A stretch of 64,000 nt of DNA from the IMG/VR virus record IMGVR_UViG_3300045988_148533, positions 39,304 through 103,303 of that record; one strand, given 5' to 3'. This DNA is from a virus. Both the position numbers and the translations under genes were made by a program. Below the pieces are notes generated by a model. That model did no database searches and was not told where the DNA came from. It saw only the letters and a program-made list of their open reading frames with translations. Positions 8,448-15,978 of this stretch are shown here, one piece after another (positions within the stretch are counted from its first letter, which is position 1; every line of letters begins with the position of its first letter).

Positions 8448-8994
8448 TGCTATTATCTATTTTATTGGTTGTTGGTTGTCTGTCCATGAATCCTATCAGC
8501 CACCTGATGACTGACTGGATGAATGCGTAGTCCTTGACTCTGCGATAGGCGCACTTACGGTCAAGAACGCTCCCGACCACGGCCCACTTCAGCCCCTCGG
8601 AGTCCTGTATGTAGCGGTGACTTATCGCCGATACCGCCCACACGTTGATGAGCGTGCCGCCCCACTTGAAGATGTACGGCTTGTGCTTCCACGTAACACG
8701 CTCCATGTATCGCTCAGCGTCTCTCGGATAGGAGGCTCCGGACGTAACGGTGTGAAACACGCTGCCCTGACTCTCCGCCAGAAGCCGGAGTCGGGACTCC
8801 ATGGCGTCGTCGCACACCATCTCTATGTCAATGTCGTGAGGCTGCACCACAGCGTCCAGTCCCAGTCTGGCGAGGGCCAGACTGCCCACCACGCACACGT
8901 CACAGGGGTGGGCTGAGTCCTGCACGGAGTGCAGAAACTGCTTGAGAGTGTTCAGATAGGGTATGTACCCGTTGAAGTTCATTTTTTCGTTCAT
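8434..8994 (-). CDS. putative minimal nucleotidyltransferase-fold protein
   Basis: VVGSLALARLG ... HDIDIEM gives a GS...DxD pattern. Confidence 0.35.
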   Translation of the reverse strand: MNEKMNFNGYIPYLNTLKQFLHSVQDSAHPCDVCVVGSLALARLGLDAVVQPHDIDIEMVCDDAMESRLRLLAESQGSVFHTVTSGASYPRDAERYMERVTWKHKPYIFKWGGTLINVWAVSAISHRYIQDSEGLKWAVVGSVLDRKCAYRRVKDYAFIQSVIRWLIGFMDRQPTTNKIDNSNEKK

Positions 8995-9012
8995 TTTCGG
9001 AATATTTTGAGA

Positions 9013-9543
9013 TTATAAACTGCTGTCCTGTATGATTCTCCGGAGACGGTCACTGTATCCCTTTTTGGAGGCATAGGTGCGGTCGAGGAGGGCGAGGTAC
9101 TCATCCCTGCTGAGCCCCCTCGCGAACGAGCTCTGCCACAGGGCATAGTCCAGTATGCAGTCCCGGACGGAGGCGTATCGGGCGTGGCCCTCAAGAGTGC
9201 CGACGGCAGTGGTGGGACGAGTGTAGGGAACCTTCATGCCGAGGCAGTTGTGGCCCTCTGTAAACAGGGTGGAGCGGAAGTGACCGCTCTCCTCTATGGC
9301 CTGAGCCATTACTATGTCAGGGTGGTCCAGACGGAGCTCGAATATAAGGTCATAGACCTGCGTGTAGACGTCCGGCCACTCGGGATGGACGGCAGCGGTG
9401 CTGCCAGTCAGGACGCACTCCACGTCCGTTCTGTGGCCGTTCCGCCACGCCTGCACCCACACGAGGAGTCCTGCAATTAGGAAGACTCCCAGTATCACTG
9501 CACAGTACGTTATAATGCGCCTGTCGGCTGTCGTGAGTCTCAT
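9013..9543 (-). CDS. GH73-type glucosaminidase endolysin with N-terminal signal-anchor
   Basis: The TM segment is IITYCAVILGVFLIAGLLVWV. MAQAIEESGHFRSTLFTEGHNCLGMK matches the FlgJ/LytD GH73 active-site block. Confidence 0.65.
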   Translation of the reverse strand: MRLTTADRRIITYCAVILGVFLIAGLLVWVQAWRNGHRTDVECVLTGSTAAVHPEWPDVYTQVYDLIFELRLDHPDIVMAQAIEESGHFRSTLFTEGHNCLGMKVPYTRPTTAVGTLEGHARYASVRDCILDYALWQSSFARGLSRDEYLALLDRTYASKKGYSDRLRRIIQDSSL

Positions 9544-10097
9544 AGTGTGCCCTCCTTTCCTTTAAGTATTCCATACCGCTGAACGAACTCCTCCACGTCC
9601 ATGTAGTCGCAGCCGTAGTTCTCAGCCGTGCGTCGGTCACTGTCGCTGAACTGTCCCTCCAGACCGGAAGCGTCTCCCACCATTAGGCACTGCTCCTTTG
9701 TCCACGGCCCGTATCTATTGCCGTTGTCGTCACCGTGTATGCAGTTCAGCCTCTGGAGCATCCCAGTGTTAGGCTTGCGGTCAGTGTGGTTAGGATTGTT
9801 GGTGGCGCACAGAGTATAGTCAGTCAGGACGCCTGTGTACTCCTCCACGGCAGTACAGATGTAGTTAATCTTTATTATGAAGGAGTCAATGTCCACGTGG
9901 CCTGCCTCTATTCCTCCCTGATTCGTCACTATACCCACGAACTCGGGCTGCAGAGCCTTTATGGCGTCAAGAACCTCATAGCGGAGCTTCATGTCCCATA
10001 TTCCCCTTGGAAAGGGCTTTCCGCTCTGTGTGACTATAAGCGTGCCGTCAAGGTCTATGAACAGGCACTTCTTACTTTCTTTTCCGTTTGTTTCCAT
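9540..10097 (-). CDS. HAD-superfamily phosphatase (PNKP 3-prime-phosphatase / GmhB-like)
   Basis: Motifs FIDLDGTLI (DxDxT), IVTNQGGI and MVGDASG...SDSD. Confidence 0.7.
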   Translation of the reverse strand: METNGKESKKCLFIDLDGTLIVTQSGKPFPRGIWDMKLRYEVLDAIKALQPEFVGIVTNQGGIEAGHVDIDSFIIKINYICTAVEEYTGVLTDYTLCATNNPNHTDRKPNTGMLQRLNCIHGDDNGNRYGPWTKEQCLMVGDASGLEGQFSDSDRRTAENYGCDYMDVEEFVQRYGILKGKEGTL

Positions 10098-10249
10098 TTC
10101 TATTTACTTTAGGTTTATAACTGTGGATAGGAGTGGACGTCCATCGGGCACAGCCCTCACTCAGCACCGCCTGTGTGTCAGGGCACATATAGTATCGTGC
10201 GCACCTGAAGCACGTGCGAGGTACTGGAGGACGTCCACGCCTGCCTCTG

Positions 10250-10759
10250 CTATTTCTCTTCTCCGTTTTCATCATTAGGTACATTAACCGTGTCAAGGAG
10301 GAGAAACTCCTCGCTGTATATTTCCCACGCTCCACAGGTGTCCTCCACGGTGGACGGCATGGACTGACTCGGTGTCACGAACACAGGTACGTAGTCATCG
10401 GCCGTTACGCAGAAGAACCCCTCCGGATTCTTGGACGTACTGGCGTACTCCACGACGTTCTTCGGTAGCCATGCAGCTCCCTCAGGAGCCACTATGCGCA
10501 CTGCCCTGTCCGTGCAGTGCGTAAGCACACCCACAACCATCCTATTTTCGTGCCATAGACGAACGTAGGCGGATGAACGAGTGTAGGAGTGGAGTGCAGG
10601 TCGGTCGGAGGCCCTCGTTCCCCCTGCGACCCTGTTTTGACGCTCTATGTGGCCGTCATGGATTAGGGTCAGCACAAGGGTGTCCTCCGTGCCGTCGGAC
10701 GTGTCAATCTGGACGCTGTACCGCTGTCCCTCGAGAGTTACTATATCTCCGTTTTTCAT
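10250..10759 (-). CDS. hypothetical protein
   Basis: 169-aa ORF in the gene train. Confidence 0.5.
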   Translation of the reverse strand: MKNGDIVTLEGQRYSVQIDTSDGTEDTLVLTLIHDGHIERQNRVAGGTRASDRPALHSYTRSSAYVRLWHENRMVVGVLTHCTDRAVRIVAPEGAAWLPKNVVEYASTSKNPEGFFCVTADDYVPVFVTPSQSMPSTVEDTCGAWEIYSEEFLLLDTVNVPNDENGEEK

Positions 10760-10777
10760 GGTAGGTATCTCCTATGC

Positions 10778-11326
10778 TTACTTACTCTCCTTTCTGGCTT
10801 CCTTGGCTGCAACTCGGGCTGCATTGGCAGCATCCCTCTGGAGTGCTGCCTGTGCCCTCTTTATCTTGCGGTGGAGACTGGCTATCCTCTTCCTTGTAGC
10901 AGCGTCAGGCTCCTTTATGGCTTCCTTGGCCTCCAGCTCGGCTGTATAGACCTCCAGTCGGTGCTGAGGGTCGCGACCCACACCCTTTGTCTCCTTTGCT
11001 GCTTTGCTCTCCTTCTTGGCTTTCTTTTCCTTAGTAGGTGCAGGGGCTGTTTCAGTCACACCCTCCTCCACTGCATCAGCGACCTCCTCCATAGCTGCCA
11101 TTTCCTCCTCACGGACGCTCTCATACAGGCTCACGCACTCCATGTACTTCTTATACATTGCTCCCTTGCCTGCATCGGGAGCACAGGCCTCGAAACTGGG
11201 GTTGATGTTTTCCTGAATGAACGCTACGAACTCGTCCACGGCCTTTCTCAGTGCCTCCTTGTTGACATACTTTAATACGTGCTTTTCGTTGAGGAACTTT
11301 TCGTTGTAGTTAAATTCTGCTTTCAT
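10778..11326 (-). CDS. hypothetical K/E/A-rich protein
   Basis: 182-aa ORF downstream of a cassette. The C-terminal half is a low-complexity charged helix. Confidence 0.5.
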   Translation of the reverse strand: MKAEFNYNEKFLNEKHVLKYVNKEALRKAVDEFVAFIQENINPSFEACAPDAGKGAMYKKYMECVSLYESVREEEMAAMEEVADAVEEGVTETAPAPTKEKKAKKESKAAKETKGVGRDPQHRLEVYTAELEAKEAIKEPDAATRKRIASLHRKIKRAQAALQRDAANAARVAAKEARKESK

Positions 11327-11354
11327 GGCTTTTAATTTTTAATTGGTTTGACTT

Positions 11355-11421
11355 GTTTTGTTTTACAGATGCAAATATAGGGGAGATAATTCTTTCTACC
11401 AAGAAAAATCTTGAAAATTTC
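11355..11421 (-). promoter_or_regulatory. phage promoter cassette copy
   Basis: The minus strand reads GAAATTTTCAAGATTTTTCTTGG-N19-TATATTTGCATCTGTAAAACAAAAC. Confidence 0.7.
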
Positions 11422-11430
11422 CCGAACTTT

Positions 11431-11706
11431 CTAATAATCCGCTGTAACTGCACGAAATACCATCTTCTGGCTTTCCTCGGTTATTTCCCTGAGGTTTTCC
11501 ACTCCGTACCCCTTTCTGTCACACAGGATGATGTGCTCTCCACGGCTATCCTTCCACGCCTTGAGCGCATACACCGTGCGCCTGTGGAACACCCTCCTAT
11601 TTACAACGCTCACAGGCTTATTGAATGGCACGTAGGTGGTGGAGTCAGTAAGTCCTCCTATGGCCTCAACAACGGCCCACCAATAGTCAATTTTTCGTGT
11701 TTCCAT
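11431..11706 (-). CDS. hypothetical protein
   Basis: 91-aa ORF. Confidence 0.5.
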   Translation of the reverse strand: METRKIDYWWAVVEAIGGLTDSTTYVPFNKPVSVVNRRVFHRRTVYALKAWKDSRGEHIILCDRKGYGVENLREITEESQKMVFRAVTADY

Positions 11707-11757
11707 GTCTCTTTTTATTCATAGTAAAACGTCCGTACGGATTCAGCCTTTTCCGTT

Positions 11758-11958
11758 TCAGCCCCAGATTATGTAGTTCAGAAACGGTACTACATTGTTA
11801 CACCACCACTCCATGATAACTATCAACAGGGTTAGGAGAAGGGCCACGGTGATGGACACGCTTACCCATCTCCACCCTCTGACATATTTCTCCTTTAGCT
11901 GCCATCTGCCAAACTGACCGCTGTAAAATCTGTCCAGTGCATCGATTATTCGTTCCAT
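11758..11958 (-). CDS. small single-pass membrane protein
   Basis: 66 aa, with TM segment VSVSITVALLLTLLIVIMEWW. Confidence 0.45.
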   Translation of the reverse strand: MERIIDALDRFYSGQFGRWQLKEKYVRGWRWVSVSITVALLLTLLIVIMEWWCNNVVPFLNYIIWG

Positions 11959-11964
11959 ATTGTC

Positions 11965-12201
11965 TCAGTATTTAATTATTCTGTTCTCCCTGTATGTATA
12001 TGTCGTGCGAGCGAGCAGCTCGCCACTGTCGTCGTAAATTTCGCTCAGTACCTTGGTTAGGGTTCTGGGAGTGTTCAGTCGCATCTTGCGCACCGCAAAC
12101 ACCTCGGCCTCCAGAGCGGACTGGGCCTCCGTGCAGAGGAAAGCCTTAGTTTCCACTCTGTCCTTCTTGAAACTTGTTATAACTACCTTTGCCATGGCCA
12201 C
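11965..12201 (-). CDS. hypothetical protein
   Basis: 78-aa ORF. Confidence 0.45.
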   Translation of the reverse strand: MAMAKVVITSFKKDRVETKAFLCTEAQSALEAEVFAVRKMRLNTPRTLTKVLSEIYDDSGELLARTTYTYRENRIIKY

Positions 12202-12206
12202 CCCTC

Positions 12207-12686
12207 CTATTTTCTGGTTATTTCAAACTGTATCTTAATAATTACCTGTCCACCTGTTCCCTGCCTGCTCTCCATCACTGAGTAGGAATTTATGCTGACG
12301 GAGGCATTAAATTTTTCAGGAATGACCTTTTCCAGTCTCCTGGCCATCCTGTCAGCCTTGGCACTTGCCCTGCCGTATCCGGACTCGTACTTTATATAGG
12401 TAAAATCCTCCGCTGTGTCAATATCGTAGGTGAGGAGGGCATGGCTCTGGAAGGAGTCGTTCACGCGGCTCAGTGACACACGTGTGTCAGCACCGCTGAG
12501 ATTCAGGTGGAGGGCTGGAAACAGCTTCTCCACGTGTGAGGCTATCTCCACAGCGTCCTCTGTGGCACGCTGCTGAAGCAGCATACAGGCTCTCATTTCC
12601 CGTATCCTAATTTCCATGTCCTCATTTCTGTCGTTAAGTACCTTTGTCAGGCTTTCTCTTGTACTGCTGTTAATTTCTCTTTTCAT
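12207..12686 (-). CDS. hypothetical protein (start trimmed to MKREINS)
   Basis: The track ORF extends into the promoter cassette. The ATG at 12684-12686 lies 27 nt downstream of the -7 box. Confidence 0.5.
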   Translation of the reverse strand: MKREINSSTRESLTKVLNDRNEDMEIRIREMRACMLLQQRATEDAVEIASHVEKLFPALHLNLSGADTRVSLSRVNDSFQSHALLTYDIDTAEDFTYIKYESGYGRASAKADRMARRLEKVIPEKFNASVSINSYSVMESRQGTGGQVIIKIQFEITRK

Positions 12687-12705
12687 GGCTCGTTTTGTTA
12701 TTGAT

Positions 12706-12763
12706 TTACGGTGCAAATATAGTCCGATTAATGATATCAACCAAGAAAAATCTTGAAAATTTC
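12706..12763 (-). promoter_or_regulatory. phage promoter cassette copy
   Basis: The minus strand reads GAAATTTTCAAGATTTTTCTTGG-N19-TATATTTGCACCGTAAATCAATAACAAAACGAGCC followed by ATG. Confidence 0.7.
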
Positions 12764-13049
12764 AATAATTTCTTGACATCGTCAAAATAAAAAGTTTCGT
12801 TTTGACGAGCCGAGTTTCGTTTTCCGTTTTTCGGGATGGTAACTCTTCCGTTACTTTGCCCTCTCCTCGGCAGTGAACACAGGCGTTCCACGACTCCGAA
12901 ACTCTCCGTCTAACCCCCTCAAGAGCGCGTATCACTGCACCGTCAACAAAGTTAGGGGACGATTCTCCGAGTTTTCCGTTCCCAAAACTCTGTACCCCTG
13001 CGTCCATGTGGACAAATTGCGAATTCGTCCAATGGGTGAGTCCGTTTTT

Positions 13050-13705
13050 CGTCTCTCCATGCCCCTGTACCCTGTTCTCCACGTGGAGAATCATACCCTC
13101 CACGCCTGCTTCTCCACACTCTCCATGGTATAACGAAAAGTTATCGTGGAGAGACAAAATTAGGCGTGGAGAAGGCTGTTTTCGGCAATTTTGCGATTTC
13201 TCCAAAACGGACCCACAGTCACCCTGCGCTTCGGTTGCCCTTAGGGGAAGTAGCGACCGTTTTCGCAAAGTCTCCAGCCATAACATTTTCTTATAGCTTG
13301 GACAACTTTTACACCTATGGACAGCGAAAATAGGAGAAAGTTTCGTTCCGTGACATTTACCCCTGCTGCATGGAGAAACGAACAGTTTCTCCACACCCAT
13401 CCTCCATAACTTATAATCCGTAAGTTTTGATGTATGCTTGACTTACAATTTATAACTAAATGAGCCTATGAACTTACAATCTATAAGTTTGTACAGCGGA
13501 AACGAGTTACTATTTGTTACATCGCTGGTTATTAGGGAAAGTTCCTCTCCTCGCTGATATAGTCAGCCTGTCGGTCAAATAAGCGAAAAGGGCCGAGAAC
13601 CGATGTAGTTCTCAGCCCACGGCCATGAAATTAACTATACGGATTATAAACGTCTCCACAGGCCCGACACGTACCCTGTGGAGGTATGAGTTGACGAGTG
13701 GAGGG
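13050..13705. repeat. iteron-like array of TCTCCAC / GTGGAGA motifs (both orientations)
   Basis: - At least 12 exact or one-off copies: 13076, 13083, 13098, 13111, 13120, 13146, 13166, 13199, 13271, 13371, 13388, 13653, 13678 and 13698.
- A 16-bp perfect palindrome, TTCTCCACGTGGAGAA, at 13075-13090.
- An inverted repeat CTCCACAGG-N13-CCTGTGGAG at 13654-13683. Confidence 0.6.
13404..13489. repeat. AT-rich segment with direct and inverted repeats
   Basis: - ACTTACAATTTATAA (13441-13455) and ACTTACAATCTATAA (13472-13486) are direct repeats with a 31-nt period.
- AACTTA-N7-TAAGTT lies at 13408-13426.
- TTATAATCCGT (13411-13421) is the reverse complement of ACGGATTATAA (13639-13649). Confidence 0.55.
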
Positions 13706-14040
13706 AAAGGGTTAGGAGAAGGAGCATATCACTGAAAAACTGACCCCTCTAAAATAATTTTACCGACCCCTCCTGACTCTCCAAAATAATCTTACTAACC
13801 GCTCTAAACTATCTAAAAACCCCTTTTTCCATGTCCCACTCTTAACACTCAAACCAGCCCATTTCCCTGCTCCCCTCCAAACCATCTACCGCCTCCTAAG
13901 CCCATTTCCTTTCTTTCCATTACCTCCATATATACCCTCAGTGAAGAGTACTGATAGGCAATGGTAGAAGGATGGAGTGGATGGATAGGGTGTGGATTCG
14001 GGGTAATGGATTAGGGGTCAGAGAAGTAGACTATGATGGA

Positions 14041-14063
14041 GAACCGACCTGTTCGGTCGGTTC
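14041..14063 (-). terminator. 9-bp perfect stem-loop 77 nt downstream of the sigma factor gene
   Basis: GAACCGACC pairs with GGTCGGTTC around a 5-nt loop. There is no U-tract. Confidence 0.4.
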
Positions 14064-14139
14064 ACTATCGGAAAGGGCTCTCTGAAAGGCGTTTATCAAC
14101 AATTTCCAGTCAGGAAGGAACGGTTCGCAGTCGAAACTT

Positions 14140-14766
14140 CTAATCCCCCTCCGAAAACCTTATCGAAAACTCACTCACAAGCACTGGGTCTGCTGCTGCA
14201 AGTCTCCTAAACAGACGCTTCGCTCTGTGGCACAGACGATGTGCCTCCCGTTCCTCCATACCGCACATCGCTCCCACCTCATCATACGGCATCTCGTACA
14301 CGTAGTGCAGGCGCAGAACCTTTGCCAGCTCCGCAGGCATCTCATCCAGCACAGCGGATATCCTCCTGCTGTTCTCATTCCTCTCTGCCTCCTCCTCAGG
14401 CGTAACCCCGTCGGGGTCGGGCAGCTGGAACTCCTGCTCATCGTCAGGGTCCCCGACGGGTGCGTCAATGCTTGTAAGGGTCAGCCGCTTCTTCCTTACG
14501 TAGTCTATGGCGCAGTTGCGTCCTATCCTCACGAGCCATGCGCTGAGCTGATATGTAGGGGTATAGGTGTCGAGCCTGTCAAAGGCCTTTGTGAATGTCT
14601 CCGAAACTATGTCCTCTATTGCAAAGGGGTCAGGCACTCTCTTATATACGTGCCACATCACCATGTTCTTGTATTTCCTGTATATCTTCTGGTAGGCACT
14701 CTGGTCTCCGCAGAGTGCCCTCTGCACGTAGTAGAAGTCGGTGCGCTTGTTGCTCTCCTGTTTCAT
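14140..14766 (-). CDS. sigma-70 family (ECF-type) RNA polymerase sigma factor
   Basis: Region 2 reads IVSETFTKAFDRLDTYTPTYQLSAWLVRIGRNCAIDYVRKKR. Region 4 reads LDEMPAELAKVLRLHYVYEMPYDEVGAMCGMEEREAHRLCHRAKRL. Confidence 0.85.
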   Translation of the reverse strand: MKQESNKRTDFYYVQRALCGDQSAYQKIYRKYKNMVMWHVYKRVPDPFAIEDIVSETFTKAFDRLDTYTPTYQLSAWLVRIGRNCAIDYVRKKRLTLTSIDAPVGDPDDEQEFQLPDPDGVTPEEEAERNENSRRISAVLDEMPAELAKVLRLHYVYEMPYDEVGAMCGMEEREAHRLCHRAKRLFRRLAAADPVLVSEFSIRFSEGD

Positions 14767-14789
14767 TTTCCTATATTGTTTTTCTTTGG

Positions 14790-15392
14790 TTATTCACTCA
14801 ACTGCCTGTGCGGATTGCGGTCACGGCTTATCACGTTGCTAAGGGTGCTCACCGCCAGCACCTCAGCCATGTCCGGCTCCTTTCTGTCGGCACTGTCATC
14901 CCTGTACTTCTCCCACTCAGCATCCTCCTCACAGGGGTACAGGCTGTAACGCGCGATGTAGGCCGACTGGAACAGCTTGCGCAGTCGTCTCCTCTCACGC
15001 TGGTAGTTATCCCTGTGCCATTCCCACAGATTGTTCAACTCAATATACTCAGCCTCCGTCATGGGGGCCTCAATTATATTGTAGTTGGCATCAGCGGTGC
15101 GGTATATCTTCACCTCATTCAAGTAGCGGGCATTGGCTCCATACAGGCTCGTCCACAGCTGCAAGAACAGCTTTACGACGGTGCTCCTGACGCGCCAGCT
15201 CCGCAGCCGCTTTTCATCGTCAAACATCTCCTCAACGGTTATGCCGTAACGGCTGCACAGGCTCTCAAGCATTCTCTGTGCATTGACCTGCTCACCGCCC
15301 ACCCCTCTCAGGGCGAGCTCCCTTAGCTTTGTCAGCTTCACCCTTACTGACTCGGGTATCTCAACAGTGTTAATTTCCATGGCCTTAATCAT
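14790..15392 (-). CDS. hypothetical protein
   Basis: 200-aa ORF immediately upstream of the sigma gene. Confidence 0.5.
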   Translation of the reverse strand: MIKAMEINTVEIPESVRVKLTKLRELALRGVGGEQVNAQRMLESLCSRYGITVEEMFDDEKRLRSWRVRSTVVKLFLQLWTSLYGANARYLNEVKIYRTADANYNIIEAPMTEAEYIELNNLWEWHRDNYQRERRRLRKLFQSAYIARYSLYPCEEDAEWEKYRDDSADRKEPDMAEVLAVSTLSNVISRDRNPHRQLSE

Positions 15393-15393
15393 T

Positions 15394-15741
15394 TTATTTT
15401 GTTATTTCATCAATCTTCTTCATAAAACTGTTATAGGCGTTGTAGAATTCACGTATAACCTCCTGATTCTTGTCATTCTGAGCAATGTTCAAAATAATAC
15501 CTATCTGAAGCATCGCCTTGCGCACCTCACTTGCGTGCTGAGCAAGTTCAACCTTGTCGCCCTGCATCTCATCAATGTAAAAGGCGTTTTCCCTGCTCTT
15601 CTCCAGCATATTCTCCTTACGCCACTTGCGGCAGAAGGTGTCCTTGTCATCAGTGCAGTTCATATATTCCTCATTGATTTGTTCCCACTGTACCTGTGTG
15701 GGGTAGAAATTGGTGCGGTCGGTAAATTCCTTGAGTGTCAT
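15394..15741 (-). CDS. hypothetical protein (start trimmed to MTLKEFT)
   Basis: The ATG at 15739-15741 lies downstream of the -7 box at 15776-15783. The longer track ORF crosses the promoter. Confidence 0.5.
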   Translation of the reverse strand: MTLKEFTDRTNFYPTQVQWEQINEEYMNCTDDKDTFCRKWRKENMLEKSRENAFYIDEMQGDKVELAQHASEVRKAMLQIGIILNIAQNDKNQEVIREFYNAYNSFMKKIDEITK

Positions 15742-15764
15742 AGCTTGTTTCCTCCTTTCGTTTT

Positions 15765-15830
15765 GTTTTACACTGCAAATATAGTTACTAATCTGGAACC
15801 GCAATGAAATTTTCTGAATTTTTCGTAAAA
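15765..15830 (-). promoter_or_regulatory. promoter cassette copy with divergent upstream half
   Basis: The minus strand reads CGAAAAATTCAGAAAATTTCATTGCGG...TATATTTGCAGTGTAAAACAAAACG. Confidence 0.55.
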
Positions 15831-15917
15831 TTTTCGCACAGCCTCTTCCTTGCAGTAATTCTCCTCTGCAGCTTGCAGCAGTACATCTGCCCCACCTGAG
15901 GATTGCTCCAGAACCAG

Positions 15918-15941
15918 ACTCACTCATTGCAGTGAGTGAGT
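15918..15941 (-). terminator. 9-bp stem-loop downstream of 15979..16578
   Basis: ACTCACTCA pairs with TGAGTGAGT around a 6-nt loop. There is no U-tract. Confidence 0.35.
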
Positions 15942-15978
15942 ATGTCCTTGGTACTTTTCTGAACGTTCTGGTTCATGG

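Noticed and set aside
7707-8489. Plus-strand ORFs of 82 aa and 173 aa in and beside the HU downstream region.
   Set aside because: The second overlaps the HU gene antisense, and both are C/R/H-rich with no promoter or context. I treated the region as non-coding.
12762-13400. 212-aa minus-strand ORF covering the iteron region.
   Set aside because: It has a C/H/G/R-rich, non-protein-like composition and no motif, and it is packed with inverted repeats and palindromes. Shadow ORFs of comparable length are common in this window. It is not fully excluded; ribosome profiling or proteomics would settle it.
14227-15326. 240-aa and 243-aa plus-strand ORFs.
   Set aside because: They are antisense shadows of the sigma factor gene and of 14790..15392, and they carry no motifs.
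15742-15927. N-terminal extensions of track ORFs. The same issue applies at 2373-2474, 12687-12740, 16914-16952, 32652-32672 and 38521-38607.
   Set aside because: Most of these extensions read through the conserved promoter cassette or use a TTG start. For 38521-38607 I simply chose the internal ATG (MSKKPIA) next to the Mre11 phosphoesterase motifs, which also avoids overlap with the upstream gene end. In every case an internal ATG is available.
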